Notes: generated by a model from the letters alone, not told the origin. DNA of 64,000 bases from an uncultured Spirochaetota bacterium (GCA_963845535.1 CAWJSK010000012.1:880431-944430), one strand, 5' to 3'. Counted from the stretch's first letter, positions 41,126 to 52,412 are shown. Translations and numbers: made by a program.

Positions 41126-43004
41126 CTACGGTACGTTCCGCAGCCAAACCTTCATGGGTCCCGCCCCGCGGTTCGCCCAGGTGCAGTACGGGATGGCAGT
41201 GAATCCCGGCCCTCGCACGGTGACGACCCCCCCAAGGAGCGAAGGCTCGCGCGCCGCCGCCAGGCCGTTCTTTCCAAGGGAGAGATCTCCAAGGGATTCG
41301 TCCGCATCCCTTCCTTCGACGCAATAAACAATCGGGCCACGCATGATGGCGGCCTTGCCGCGGCAGTCCTCGACGCGCGCGTCGGCAATCACTTTGCGCA
41401 CAGGCATGGGCAGGGAAAGCTCCACTCTGTCTCCCGCGGCCCACTCGCGCTCGATCTCCGCGTATCCCGACTCAGGAGCCGGCATCTCCGCCCCGTTGAC
41501 GCGGAGCCTTGGCGCCTCGGAGGAGGGCGCTTCAAACCGGTACAGGTGTGCGCCCAGGATCTGTCCGCGCGACCAGCCGGGAAGCCTCAGCATGAGCCGC
41601 ATGCGCACGGGACGCTCGGGTCGGACGGTGATGCGGATATCCCCGTCCCAGGGGAAGTCCGTTTCCTGGATCAGGTCGATGCGGACGCCATCCACCTCGA
41701 CCTGCCCCCGGCTCGTCACGAAAAGATTCACGTACACGGTCGAACCGCGCGCCGCATACACGAGTCCCGGAATGGAGGGAAGAAACCGGCAAAGGCTCGT
41801 CGGGCAGCAGGAAACCTCGAACCATGGTTGTCGGCCCGCGCTTCCGTGGTTGAACCGGAACGCACCGTCGGATTCCAGCGGGTTCACGTAGAAAAACTCA
41901 TCTCCTCGCAGGGAAACGCCGGAAAGGACGCCGTTGTACAACGTCTGCTCGAGCACGTCCACGTACTCCGGCGCCGGTCAGCAGGAAAAGGCGATGGTTC
42001 CACAGGATGGAACCAATGGCGGCGCACGTCTCCGCATACGCCGTCAGGTTGGGAAGCTCGAAAGAAGATCCGAAAGCCTCGCCCTTGTGCCGGGCGCCGA
42101 TCCCGCCGGTCAGATAGGTCTTCGAGCCCACCACGTCCCGCCAGATCGCCGTAATGGCCGCGGCATATCCGTCATCGGGAAACAGGGCGGCAACGTCCGC
42201 CATTCCGCAGTACATGTATGCCGCGCGGACCGCGTGGCCAACGGCCTCGCTTTGTTCGCGGACCGGGATGTGGTCCTGGCTGTAGCCGGGATTGTCCGCA
42301 TAGGAATACAGCGGCCGCGATTCGTGGCGCCCCCGCTCTTCGAGGAAGAACCGGGCGGTTTCCAGCAGGCTCCTGTCCTGGGTGATGCGATAGAGCCTGG
42401 CAAGACCCATCTCCACGATCTGGTGGCCGCACATGTCGTGCCGACCGTTCGGGTTGAACACCGAGCGCACGAGCGCGGCGTTTCGCAGGGCCACCTCGAG
42501 AAGCCCGCGCTTGCCGGTGGCAAGGAAATGCGCGCAGGCCGCCTCGTACAGATGGCCGCTGTTGTACAGCTCATGGCTCATCACGAGATTGGACCAGCGC
42601 TTCGGCCCCGCGAAGGGGAGCACGTTGAGAGGGTCGATCGTGCGGTTCGTATAGAGGTATCCATCCGGCTCCTGCGCCGCCGCAATCAACTCCACAAGCG
42701 CGTCAAGGTGCGCCTCCAGTTGCGGATCACGCCGCTGCGCCAGCGAGTAGGAAGCCCCTTCGATTGCCTTATAAACCTCGGTATCTTCGAAAGGCATCGT
42801 ACCGACATAGGGTCCGCCCAGCCGACGCGCAGCCCTGCGGAAGTTGTCGACACGGCCGGACTCTTCGCACTTGCGAAGCACCGAAGGGATGGTGACGGTC
42901 CGGTTTGTTTCAAGCCGCGAAAGCCAGAAGTGGTCCTGGAATGCAACGTGACAAAAATCGACCGGCGTGATGGGGTAATCGATCATCCTCTCGTGCCTTT
43001 TCAC
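41126..43004 (-). CDS. GH127 beta-L-arabinofuranosidase-like glycoside hydrolase, frameshifted near 41970
   Basis: HELYN, GHAVRA and ETCAAIG in 41898-43004; FFYVNPL, SCCP and RGPIVYC in 41126-41962. Confidence 0.88.
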
Positions 43005-43828
43005 GCCTTCAGCCCCGAGAGCACGATCCCTTCAATGAAGTACCTCTGTCCAATGAAGTAGAGGATCACGGGCGGTGTGAGCGCCATGGTGCACGCCGCC
43101 ATGATTGATTTCCAGTCCGTCCCGAACCCTGACTTGAAGTTCGCGAGCGCCTGCGAGATGGTGTTCTGCTCGTTGCGGGAAATGTAGATGAGCGGCCCCA
43201 GGAGGTCGTTCCAGTACAGGATGAAGGTGAAAAGCCCGATTGCTATCAGCACGGGGGTGATGAGCGGCGCCAGGATCTGAAAAAGGACCCGTCCGTGGCC
43301 GGCGCCGTCGATGATTGCCGCCTCATCGAGGTCACGCGGGATGGTCATCAGGAACTGCCGGCAGAGGAAGATGTTCACGGCCCCTCCCCCGAGGAAGGCG
43401 GGAACGATCAACGGAGTGTACCCGTTGCCCAGGCCGAGCGCGCTCCATGCCACGAAGATCGGGATGATCGTCACGGCGCCCGGCATCAGCATGCTTCCAA
43501 TGACGAGCGCGAACGTAAGTCTCTTCAAGGGGAAATCAAGCCGGGCAAACGCGTACGCCGCGAGGGTCGAGGTCAGAAGGACCCCGAAAATCGATGGCAG
43601 CGCTATGGTCAAGGTGTTGAGCATGTACCGGAGGGACGGAAAGACCGACAGCGTGTACGGGTAGTTATCCAGCCGCCAGGTTGTCGGCAAGAGAAGGGGC
43701 GGGTACTTGTGGATCTCGATGTTGGACATGAACGAGGACCGTATCATCCAGAAAAAGGGGAAGAGGACGGCTAGGCCGATGAGGGCAATGATAAGGGAAA
43801 CAACGATGTTCGTCTTTTCGCGCTTCAT
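43001..43828 (-). CDS. Carbohydrate ABC permease
   Basis: IPRDLDEAAIIDG and WNDLLGPL motifs. Confidence 0.93.
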   Translation of the reverse strand: MKREKTNIVVSLIIALIGLAVLFPFFWMIRSSFMSNIEIHKYPPLLLPTTWRLDNYPYTLSVFPSLRYMLNTLTIALPSIFGVLLTSTLAAYAFARLDFPLKRLTFALVIGSMLMPGAVTIIPIFVAWSALGLGNGYTPLIVPAFLGGGAVNIFLCRQFLMTIPRDLDEAAIIDGAGHGRVLFQILAPLITPVLIAIGLFTFILYWNDLLGPLIYISRNEQNTISQALANFKSGFGTDWKSIMAACTMALTPPVILYFIGQRYFIEGIVLSGLKA

Positions 43829-43829
43829 G

Positions 43830-44717
43830 TCACTCACCCTCGTAGAACATCCATCGACGGGATGTTGCAAAGATCACGACCGTCAAGGCCGCAATAAAAA
43901 CGAAGAAAATCAGCGACAGTGCGCTCGCATGGCCGAATCCGTTGTGGATGAAACCTTCACGGTAGATGAGGAAGACCATGAAAAGCGTCTTGCCGCTGGG
44001 CTCGCCCCGCGTCAGGGCATAGGCGGGAACGAACACCTGCAGGTTGGAAATCATGCTCATCAAAAAGTTGTAGAAGATGATGGGTGTCATCAACGGGATC
44101 GTGATGTGACGGAATTTGTGCCACGTGTTTCCCCCGTCGATCTCCACCGCTTCAAGGTACGCGCGGGGAACGTTCTGAAGACCGGCAAGGAAGATCACGA
44201 TCATGCTCCCCATGCCCCAGACTGCCATCACGATGATGGAGGGCACCGCGGTCGGGCCGCTCTGGAGCCATTGGACCTTATTCATGCCCAGGAGGTGGAG
44301 GCCGTAGTTGAGCACTCCGAAGTTCGCCTCGTACAGCCATGACCAGACCACCGCCGAGCCAATGGCTGGTACAACGTAGGGAATGAAGTAGACCGAGCGC
44401 CAGAAACCCCGGGCAAAAATGCGGCGGTTCAGCATGAGCGCAATGGAAAATGAGTAGATGATTCCGGAAATGACCGCGCCAAGGGCAAAGTAGAGCGTCG
44501 CGACAACCGACTTCAGGAAGTAGACGTCCGTGGTGAAAATTTCCCTGAAGTTTTCCAGCCCAATGAACTTCGGAGGCTCGAGTCCCGACCAGTTTGTCAG
44601 ACTGATGAGGATGACCCCGATCATGGGAAAAATGGTCAGAAAAAACAGTCCCAGCAGGGCTGGCGTGAGGAACAGGTACGCCGTGAGAGTGCTCGACGGG
44701 CTTCTTCTCGCCTTCAT
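43830..44717 (-). CDS. Carbohydrate ABC permease
   Basis: FLAGLQNVP..EAVEIDG and ITIPLMTP motifs. Confidence 0.93.
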   Translation of the reverse strand: MKARRSPSSTLTAYLFLTPALLGLFFLTIFPMIGVILISLTNWSGLEPPKFIGLENFREIFTTDVYFLKSVVATLYFALGAVISGIIYSFSIALMLNRRIFARGFWRSVYFIPYVVPAIGSAVVWSWLYEANFGVLNYGLHLLGMNKVQWLQSGPTAVPSIIVMAVWGMGSMIVIFLAGLQNVPRAYLEAVEIDGGNTWHKFRHITIPLMTPIIFYNFLMSMISNLQVFVPAYALTRGEPSGKTLFMVFLIYREGFIHNGFGHASALSLIFFVFIAALTVVIFATSRRWMFYEGE

Positions 44718-44799
44718 TCCTTCTTATCCTTTACGACCTTTACGTGGGAAGCAGCGCCCCGTCCGCGGTTGCGGGCGGGGTACGCGGCTTCTGAATCCC

Positions 44800-46128
44800 T
44801 TAGCGGGGCTTGTTCTCGTCGAAGAGCTTCTGCACCTGCGGCAGGATCGATGTGATGTAGGCCTTGGCGGTTGTGTCGCCGTTCCAGACGTCGGTGATCC
44901 CGGAATTGATGAGCGTGTCGAGCGTGTCGTAGCTCGGGAAGTAGTACCAGGGCACCTGGACCGCATTCTTCATTGCATAGTCGATGACCGCGGTCTTGTA
45001 CTGGGCAAACGGGGGGTGAACGTCGTTGTCCGCCCATTTCCTCATTGCCGCCTCGTTGGCGTACCACTTGGCAGAGACGGGCATCCAAATTCCGCCCGTG
45101 ATGAGGTCCCATCCGTTGGACTCATCGCTCATCCATTTGACGAATGTCTTGGCCTCGGCGATGTGCTTGGAGGTACCGAATGCGATGAATGGCCCTCCCG
45201 TGTTGTACGTGACTGCCTTCTTCATCTTCGGGAGGACAGCCACCCCGTAGACAAGCCCGTCCTTGAGGGAGTTCTTCAAAGAAACGCCGATCTCCCACTG
45301 ACCCGAAGTCGCCATGGCGACCTTGCCAGTGAGAAGACTCACGTCGAGACTCGGCATGTTGCCTCTGTCCCCGACTGACGGCGCCACGTGGTCTTTCACG
45401 TAGAGGTCCGCAATCGCCTGAAGGGCTTCGATGGATTCCGGCGTCCCGATCAGCAGCTTCTTTCCGTCAGGGGTCATGACTCCGCCGCCGTTGGAAACCG
45501 CGAGGACCGGCCACATCCAGGACAGACGGTTGAAGTCTGCGCCGTACGTCACGATGTTGTTCTTGTCGAAACCGGCATCGTTTGGGGTCTTGCCGTTCTG
45601 GTCCTTGGTCAGTTTCTTTGCCGCGTCGACGAACTGCTTCCAGGTCCACGCCTTGTCGGCGCTGGCGGGAGGATAAGCCACCTTGGCGTCGTCGAACATC
45701 TTCTTGTTGTAGTAGAGAAGGAGGACCTCGTCCGCGCAGCTATACCCCACGGTCTTGCCATTGTAGGTGAAGGCGAGTGATTTGAGGGGCGCCTCGTCCG
45801 GCTTATACACGTCCCCCATGTCGGCGAGGAGGCCGGCTGCGGCGTAGCGGATCGTCATGGGCTCTGCCATGATGCACGTGTCGGGTAGCTGTTTTGCCGC
45901 TGCCATGGTGTTGAGCTTGGTCTCGTAGTCAGCGCGGCTGACGGCAATCATCGTGACGTGGATTGCGTCCTGGGACGCGTTGAACTTGTCCAAGGTCTTC
46001 TGAATATCCGCCGCCTCACTCTCCGTCGTGTTGTACCACGCCATGTAAGTGATTTCGGTCTTCGCGGCGTACGCCGATGCCGCCATCACGAGGAGCGCGA
46101 TGGCGCACAGGAATACGAATCTCTTCAT
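44800..46128 (-). CDS. Sugar ABC substrate-binding protein
   Basis: Signal peptide; LYYNKKMFD and GKVAM motifs. Confidence 0.92.
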   Translation of the reverse strand: MKRFVFLCAIALLVMAASAYAAKTEITYMAWYNTTESEAADIQKTLDKFNASQDAIHVTMIAVSRADYETKLNTMAAAKQLPDTCIMAEPMTIRYAAAGLLADMGDVYKPDEAPLKSLAFTYNGKTVGYSCADEVLLLYYNKKMFDDAKVAYPPASADKAWTWKQFVDAAKKLTKDQNGKTPNDAGFDKNNIVTYGADFNRLSWMWPVLAVSNGGGVMTPDGKKLLIGTPESIEALQAIADLYVKDHVAPSVGDRGNMPSLDVSLLTGKVAMATSGQWEIGVSLKNSLKDGLVYGVAVLPKMKKAVTYNTGGPFIAFGTSKHIAEAKTFVKWMSDESNGWDLITGGIWMPVSAKWYANEAAMRKWADNDVHPPFAQYKTAVIDYAMKNAVQVPWYYFPSYDTLDTLINSGITDVWNGDTTAKAYITSILPQVQKLFDENKPR

Positions 46129-46293
46129 GCATTCTCTCCTTTGAGCGACTTCGTATCAGGGGTGACTGTACGTTCCCGCGCCGGATGGCTACATTTGTGG
46201 GCGGGGTGAACGTACCCTACGGCTTGCGGTATCAGGGACAAGCTTTCTCACGGCAAAAACCCCGGTACCGCGGCTGTCTCAATCCTTCCTCCC

Positions 46294-47496
46294 TCATTCT
46301 TTCGCGCGCTTCACCTCCTTGCAGGATCTTCGTACAACCAGGTCGATGGGAAATTCGACCCGTACGGGGGGCAGGCTCCCGATTTCGATGCGTTCCAGGA
46401 GCCTCCGCGCCGCGGTACGGGCCATATCGCGGGAATGAATACGCATGGTGGAAAGCGGGGGCGATGCGTGACGGGCGAGCTCCGAATCATCGAAACCGAG
46501 GACGGAAACGTCGTCCGGCACGGTGAGGGATCGCTCAGCCAGGGCGGAGAGGGCGCCGATGGCCAGGAGGTCGTTGGCGCAGAACACGGCGCTGAGCTCC
46601 CGGTTGCGACCCAGGAGGCGCTTCATTGCCGTGTACCCCGCTTCCGCTGACCAGCCCTCATCGCCATCAACCAGCAGGTCGTCCCAGGAGCCGCCCTCCT
46701 CCGCCATGGCGTCCTTCCAGGCGAGGAATCGTATCCGGGCTGATTCGAGCCGCAGCGGCCCGTTGATGATGGCGATCCTCCGGTGTCCGAGGGATCGAAG
46801 CCAGCTGACCGCCTTGCGCACTCCGGCTGCCAGGTCCATGGTGATGAGGTCAAGTCCTTCAATCGATTCTGATGGCGCAAGGAGAACGGTCGGGACTCCG
46901 CTCGCGGACAGTAATAGCAGGAGCTCGGGATTCCGCGCTTCCTCGACAACCACGCCATCCACCTTCCCGAGAAACGAACGAAAAGCTTCGAGCTCGTCCG
47001 CGGCGTAGTCATCGAGATACGTGAAAAGGGTATGCCTCCCGGATTTTGCTGTATCTTCCTCGATGCCCAGGAAAACATCGAAATAGAAAGCCTCGGAAGC
47101 GATGGGCCTGCGGGCTGACTTCTCTTTGCAGACCACGTATCCGAGGGTGCCCGTTGTGGGGCGGGGCTGGGCGACCGGCGCGGGCGTGCGTTTGACGAAC
47201 GTGCCTTGACCGACCGAGCGTTCGAAGATACCGCGCGCAGTCAGCGCGAGAACGGCGTTGCGGGCGGTTGTCCGGCTGACGTCCAGCTCGAGCGCGAGGT
47301 CGCGCTCAGACGGGATCTTGGTGCCGACCTGCCAGACATCTGATTCGATCCTGCCAAGGAGGAAGGACTCGACCTGCGCCTGAATGGACTCCATCGCGTT
47401 TTTCTGAATGGTCTTTTTCGATTCCAAGGACTCTCCCCGGTTGCCGGTATCTGCGTTTGGATGTCCGGATTCAGAGACCGCATGTCTTGACACCAA
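46294..47496 (-). CDS. GntR-HTH plus LacI-type sensor regulator (AraR-like)
   Basis: PSERDLA..VSRTT..GQGTFV HTH; NDLLAIG, GFDD and PPLST motifs. Confidence 0.9.
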   Translation of the reverse strand: MVSRHAVSESGHPNADTGNRGESLESKKTIQKNAMESIQAQVESFLLGRIESDVWQVGTKIPSERDLALELDVSRTTARNAVLALTARGIFERSVGQGTFVKRTPAPVAQPRPTTGTLGYVVCKEKSARRPIASEAFYFDVFLGIEEDTAKSGRHTLFTYLDDYAADELEAFRSFLGKVDGVVVEEARNPELLLLLSASGVPTVLLAPSESIEGLDLITMDLAAGVRKAVSWLRSLGHRRIAIINGPLRLESARIRFLAWKDAMAEEGGSWDDLLVDGDEGWSAEAGYTAMKRLLGRNRELSAVFCANDLLAIGALSALAERSLTVPDDVSVLGFDDSELARHASPPLSTMRIHSRDMARTAARRLLERIEIGSLPPVRVEFPIDLVVRRSCKEVKRAKE

Positions 47497-47543
47497 AGCC
47501 TCCAGACCCGTTTCTAAGGTCGATTAATGGGTTCGTCTTCTGA

Positions 47544-47557
47544 ATGGTTACAACCAT
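47544..47557. promoter_or_regulatory. Candidate GntR-family operator
   Basis: ATGGTT-AC-AACCAT palindrome upstream of the regulator, with an extra AACCAT 10 bp further on. Confidence 0.5.
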
Positions 47558-47626
47558 ATGCAACCATTATAACAGACATTGCTCTATGTCAAGCATTTTC
47601 TTTCGGAGGGGGTTTGCCGCGGGCAG

Positions 47627-47926
47627 TTAGCGGTTCGACCTGCGCGTGCTTGCCCCGCCTCCGCCGAAAATGATAATGACACCTAGGAGAAACCCGAGAT
47701 TGTACCAGCCCCCGTTGTTGTGGACCTCGTACATCTGCACATTGCGATCGAAAAGCGAAATGATGAAGGTGACGGGAGCGATGACCCCGTTCCAGAGGCC
47801 TTGCCAGAAGCCGGCGATGGTACCTCGCGGGCCCACGGAATTGGCGAGGCCATTGGGACCCGCCGCGCATCCCGCAAGCAGGCAAACCGCAACAAAAAGG
47901 CAGGCAACCGCGAAAACCCTTTTCAT
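47627..47926 (-). CDS. Small membrane lipoprotein, hypothetical
   Basis: Lipobox LAGC; GFWQGLWNG..YEVHNNGGWYNLGF; GGAGG RBS. Confidence 0.8.
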   Translation of the reverse strand: MKRVFAVACLFVAVCLLAGCAAGPNGLANSVGPRGTIAGFWQGLWNGVIAPVTFIISLFDRNVQMYEVHNNGGWYNLGFLLGVIIIFGGGGASTRRSNR

Positions 47927-47948
47927 CGTCTCATCTCCTCCGATAGAG

Positions 47949-48425
47949 CTATTTTCTATATTTCGATTCTCTTCCATTCATTCGCATCTTTTGCTTCTCG
48001 GTAAGCGCCGTGGAGACAGGTCTCACCTTCTTGAGCTCTGCCAGGAACTTCATCACCGATTTGCATTCCTCGGGGCTCTCGATCTCAAACCGAAGAGCGT
48101 ATCCTTCCGAGTACTTCGTCGCAGCCTCGAGTTGCGGGTACAGGTTTTCACATTCTTTGTTCTGGAGGAATGCTGCCCGTTCCTCATCCCGTACGGTCAG
48201 GCTTATTTCGACTCCCCCGTCGAATGCAATAAGGTAATACAAGGCCTTCCGCATGTCGTCAACTTTCAGGATCCAGCCATTGCCGCGGCTGTATTGCCAT
48301 TGCTTCCGGTAGTCTCCCGAAGTTCCTATGATGCTCCGGTAGTAATCCAGCGCAGCCCCTGATTGCTTCCGAAGCAATGCTTCAGTAGGGGTGACACTCG
48401 AATCTATGAACAGACGTTGCTTCAT
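47949..48425 (-). CDS. DUF3788-like protein
   Basis: WQYSRGNGWILK..KALYYL..KYSEG pattern. Confidence 0.55.
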   Translation of the reverse strand: MKQRLFIDSSVTPTEALLRKQSGAALDYYRSIIGTSGDYRKQWQYSRGNGWILKVDDMRKALYYLIAFDGGVEISLTVRDEERAAFLQNKECENLYPQLEAATKYSEGYALRFEIESPEECKSVMKFLAELKKVRPVSTALTEKQKMRMNGRESKYRK

Positions 48426-48569
48426 TCATGCCTTTCGAAGTGCTCTGCGGGTGCCGCGTGGCAGGTTCGCCAATAATCGTCTCCCGCGGAGTTGGAGAAG
48501 TCTTTAGAGGCAGCATAAAGGAAATGGCAAAGAAGAACCAGTGGAAAACGCTTTGCTGCCCCAGCAAGG

Positions 48570-48752
48570 GCCGTGACACCCCGCTCAGATGAACTGACGG
48601 CAACGAGACTGCGGGTGAGCGCCTTTGCGGGGAGAGACCTCGAGGTCATACTCCGTGCCCGAGAGATTGGTGCCCTCGTTCTCACGGGAATCGCCGCAAG
48701 CGGCGTCGTTGTCTCGACGTTGCGGGAAGCCGCGGACAAGGACTACCGATAG
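48570..48752 (+). pseudogene. Isochorismatase/cysteine hydrolase fragment
   Basis: RVSAFAGRDLEVILRA..LTGIAASGVVVSTLREAADKDYR followed by a stop; no start codon. Confidence 0.7.
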
Positions 48753-49009
48753 ACCAAAGACTTTCGCCTTCTCCAAGCGGCGTGAACGAGTTTCGTTCCG
48801 ATTCCTTTGTGCCGATACCCCGGCAAAACGCCCATTCACAGCGTTCCGCAGTGTTTCGTAGTGGGTCGCGGCAAAGCCATTACGTCGCGCCAACCCACCA
48901 CCTTGCCGTTTTCCAAGGCACGTACTTGGGGAGCATTTTTGAGCCTGCTGTTTTCGCCACCAAACACCCGATGGTACCATGCCTCGGTAGGCCGAGTCTG
49001 CTTTCTCTT

Positions 49010-49717
49010 TCATTTAATGCAGTAAAATCCTGCCTGCATGTACGAATACCACAGAATCTCAGCAACCTTGAAACCGCAAACCCTGAGGAGCGCAAGATGT
49101 TCTTCAACGGTGATGGGATGGTATTCGCTTCCGAATCTCTCGATATGCTTCTGTGCTTCCTCTTTTGTTTTGCCGGCCTTCTCTTGGTATCCTTTCCAAT
49201 ATTCCTTTCCAATTTTCGTGCCGGTCTCCGTCAGAGCCCTGACGTTTTCAAACGTTATGAAGATGCCATCCGATTTTAGCAGATCAAAGCACTTTTGCGT
49301 TGATTCCCTTCGAAGATCTGGCCTCATGTAGTGGTGAGCCTGGATGGCAGTTATTACATCCGGCTGCTCGGAAATGTCCAAGTCCTTTGTCTCACGTGGT
49401 GAAAGGATGGTTGCCCTGTCCTTCCCTTCAAGCTTTAGCCGGGCCAGCTCAAGCATGGCCGGCGACGGATCAGCCAGGATGAACCTCGTATCCGGGAACC
49501 TCGAATAGGCCTTTGCAATGAGCGTGCCCGTTCCGCATCCCGTATCAACCCAGAGCCCTGGATTGGGCAGGTAGACAGCCATGAGGTTAATCGCCTCATC
49601 ATGAAAGGCATCGTAGTATGGAATGCTTTCCCTGACGTGATCATCGTAGCGGGAAGCGGGGTGAGCAGTAAGATTGTCTTTTCGCGGCATGCGCTGTTTC
49701 CTGGTTCTGGAGTTCAT
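49010..49717 (-). CDS. Class I SAM-dependent methyltransferase
   Basis: DTGCGTG and ADPSPAML motifs. Confidence 0.88.
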   Translation of the reverse strand: MNSRTRKQRMPRKDNLTAHPASRYDDHVRESIPYYDAFHDEAINLMAVYLPNPGLWVDTGCGTGTLIAKAYSRFPDTRFILADPSPAMLELARLKLEGKDRATILSPRETKDLDISEQPDVITAIQAHHYMRPDLRRESTQKCFDLLKSDGIFITFENVRALTETGTKIGKEYWKGYQEKAGKTKEEAQKHIERFGSEYHPITVEEHLALLRVCGFKVAEILWYSYMQAGFYCIK

Positions 49718-49747
49718 GGAATGAGGATTCGGGCTACGGTATGCACA

Positions 49748-50293
49748 TCAAGGCCCGGCGTCAAGATCACCAATTTCTTTGAGGATTTTTTGGTACTTTT
49801 CGTGTATCATATTCTTGTCAAAAGTCCAGAAATCTTGAAGCATTCTGCTCAATTCTTCATCGTTGAAATATCTCTCGCTCCTCGGGAAGAACTCCTTGTC
49901 CTCTTTCCGAATATGAGCGGGGTAGAACTTCGCCAACCAGAGAATAGTCTCCTGTATCTTTGATACGACAGTTCGATCTCCGGCCTTGTATTGCTCATTA
50001 AGCTGGACAATGTCCATAACCTTCCTGCGGGCTTGCGTGTGATCATTGATCAATTCGTTCATCACGGAGAGATCTTCTTCTTGAAGATCCTTTTTCGAAA
50101 GGTCATGAAAGAGGATGTCCTCTTCTTTGCCATGATGCGTTCTGTCAGCGTACGTCTTGATAAAATCGACTACTGAATCGATCAATACGGGATCATACGT
50201 TTCCTCAGTCATCCCGGCCGTTCGTTTCACAGCTGCCGCCAAAAGCTTCTCGATGAGTCGATGTTCGATCATCAATTGGCCTCTCGGTTTCAC
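49748..50293 (-). CDS. Hemerythrin/HHE domain protein
   Basis: LMIEHRLI, YADRTHHGKEEDILF and HIRKED motifs. Confidence 0.88.
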   Translation of the reverse strand: MKPRGQLMIEHRLIEKLLAAAVKRTAGMTEETYDPVLIDSVVDFIKTYADRTHHGKEEDILFHDLSKKDLQEEDLSVMNELINDHTQARRKVMDIVQLNEQYKAGDRTVVSKIQETILWLAKFYPAHIRKEDKEFFPRSERYFNDEELSRMLQDFWTFDKNMIHEKYQKILKEIGDLDAGP

Positions 50294-50321
50294 CTTGGCC
50301 CCCGATTGCTTCGTGTCTGTC

Positions 50322-50975
50322 TCATGTCGTGGCTTTCTCTTGACTCGATACGTCGTGCTTCTCCGGCGCATTTGAATACAATTCTTCCATCGCCTTGAGC
50401 GAACGCTGCGGAGAAGTATCAAGTATGAAATTTTCCTTACTTTCTTCTGATCGGTATCCACTGAGTATCTCGGGAACGGCAAAAGTTTCTAACGGAAGAA
50501 GGACTTTCGGGATTAGTTCAAGATTGGACTTGGTCCAATATCGATAGGTCTCTTCCCGTACGGACTCTTCCTGCTCCACGAGGAACGCCAAATGCTGAAA
50601 AAACACCGACACCCTTCGTCTCACCTCAAAATGGAATGCATGGTTACGGTCCTTCTTGTAAAGCCTTATATAGAGGCGGACCAACTCTCGGGGGTTTCTT
50701 CTGGCTAATCGATAGAGATCCCACAGGCTCGCTATTGCGCGCCCCATTTGCGGGGAGCGATATTCGGCCAAATATGCAACAATCAAAGTCCTTGCCGCTT
50801 GCTGCCGACGCAGCCGTTTCTCCTCCCGCTTCAACGCTAACAGGTGATTCAGTTGACCAAGACCAACGAGGACGGCAATCAAGGCCGCAAGCGCGACTAG
50901 CGTGTTCGCAAGCAGTGAGGCTTGGGTCAGTCTTGGATTGTCAATAAGCGAGTGAAGCCAATCCATGATGCTCAT
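50322..50975 (-). CDS. Hypothetical protein with N-terminal TM
   Basis: 217-aa ORF with one hydrophobic helix. Confidence 0.6.
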   Translation of the reverse strand: MSIMDWLHSLIDNPRLTQASLLANTLVALAALIAVLVGLGQLNHLLALKREEKRLRRQQAARTLIVAYLAEYRSPQMGRAIASLWDLYRLARRNPRELVRLYIRLYKKDRNHAFHFEVRRRVSVFFQHLAFLVEQEESVREETYRYWTKSNLELIPKVLLPLETFAVPEILSGYRSEESKENFILDTSPQRSLKAMEELYSNAPEKHDVSSQEKATT

Positions 50976-51149
50976 GGTCGGAGCCTCTCCCTACACAATA
51001 GTGTAGTTACCAGGTCTGTGATTCGCAAGTGCATTCGCAGAAAACATTTCCAGCTTGTCTCTACGGTCCTCAGGACTCACGTTGACGTACGTTGAAAAGC
51101 AGCGTTCACCGGCTGACTGCCTCTGTCGAAGTATGGTCAACTGCTCTGG

Positions 51150-51632
51150 TAAAAGGGTTTTCGCAGTTGATCCTGCATTCGCTTGCTGTCCGCTCCGCCA
51201 GCCATTGGAAATACTCGCTGACGAAAGAGTCCGGAGCCGATTCTCGAGCGCTCAAGACGAAGCTCTTGTACTTGTCCCGAGAAGTAGAAACAAATCACCT
51301 CAGCGTCTTGTCCACAAGATCCATGTCTATGAGATCCTCGGCTACCAAAAGGCCGAGCGTTTCCATTTGCTAGGCAAATTGCATGAAGTTACTTGCTCAT
51401 TCACAGGAAGCGCTCTCAACTGCTTGCCGTTTGATGGTATTTTGTGCGTGTTGATGTATTGCGACGGCTCTGCAGAGTCCCGGGTCTCGAAATTTCGCAA
51501 TGCCTCGAGCGTCAGCCTTTCGCGGCGGTCCCTCGCCGCGGCCCAAACCTGAGCTATTCCAAATACAACTGCCACAATCAAGGAAAAAGTAAGCGCACCA
51601 TTGGCTACAAGGGTAATCGTTTCATTCGTCAT
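51150..51632 (-). pseudogene. Degraded TM-anchored hypothetical (DUF4760-like) gene
   Basis: N-terminal ORF 51342-51632. The continuation ETLGLLVAEDLIDMDLVDK..EYFQWLAE lies in another frame and contains stops. Confidence 0.55.
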
Positions 51633-51658
51633 TGCTTCCTTTGCTGTTTTCTCGATAG

Positions 51659-52030
51659 TTACCTGAGATGGTCCGGCTTATCGCATGACCCGTTCGCTTT
51701 TGCTGGTCTTACAATTTGCATGACGGCAGGAGCCAGCCTCTTTTCCTTGATGAGCCTTTCCACGCGAGCTTTGTTCCCCGGCGACCATTTGCTTCTTTGC
51801 GTGCGCCTTGCAAAGCTCAGTGCATGCCTTTCGTCGTCAATTCGATTCACGAGATTATCTATCGAGCCAAAACAAAGGGCTTCGTCGAGAGCCTGATCGT
51901 AGTTGATATGCGCTTTCGCTTTCTCGCCCTTCAAAAAGACCAGCCAGACTTCGCTTTGCCGAAGGTGGTTGTTGCGAAGCCAATCCTGTCAGCCACAAAC
52001 ATCTTTGCAGACGACCAGTTCTTGTGAATC
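51659..52030 (-). pseudogene. YdeI/OmpD-associated family remnant
   Basis: YDQALDEALCFG.ID..KWSPGNKARVERLI; 5' part frameshifted. Confidence 0.7.
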
Positions 52031-52079
52031 CTTTACCATCTGAATCTCAATGGCATCAAAATCTCAAAATCAACCGTCT

Positions 52080-52412
52080 TCTATCAAAGCCGATCGGGAC
52101 GTCACCCGCGGTCTCCCAGACGCCGTGCCCGACAGATGGCTCGTTCTTCGGTTATTCAATAGACCAGGGTAAATGCCCTAGGCTCAAAACGTCTGCCATC
52201 AGAGAGTTCAGTGGTCAATTCACCTTTGAGCACCAACAGAACATGGCCCTTTTTGCACCGGTGGTCCGCCTTGTGTCCTGGAGAGTACTCGACAAGACGC
52301 AGGCGGATATTCCCTACCTCCAAAGTCCGCCACGCCGCGTGCCCAGTTTCCCCGGGGTGGGTAGTCGGGACTTCAGCCGAATGGTTACAAAAAGCACATC
52401 TTCGATTCTCAT
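52080..52412 (-). pseudogene. DHCW-motif cupin remnant
   Basis: Manual translation HPGETG..WRT..RLVEYSPG..ADHRCKKGH..GELTTEL.DGR, with frameshifts. Confidence 0.7.

Noticed and set aside
46167..46216. Imperfect hairpin upstream of the sugar SBP as a riboswitch
   Set aside because: No recognisable aptamer motif; only a short GTACGTTC/GAACGTAC stem.
48780..49000. Non-coding stretch as a possible tRNA/att remnant or ncRNA
   Set aside because: I could not support a cloverleaf, a repeat partner or a known motif.
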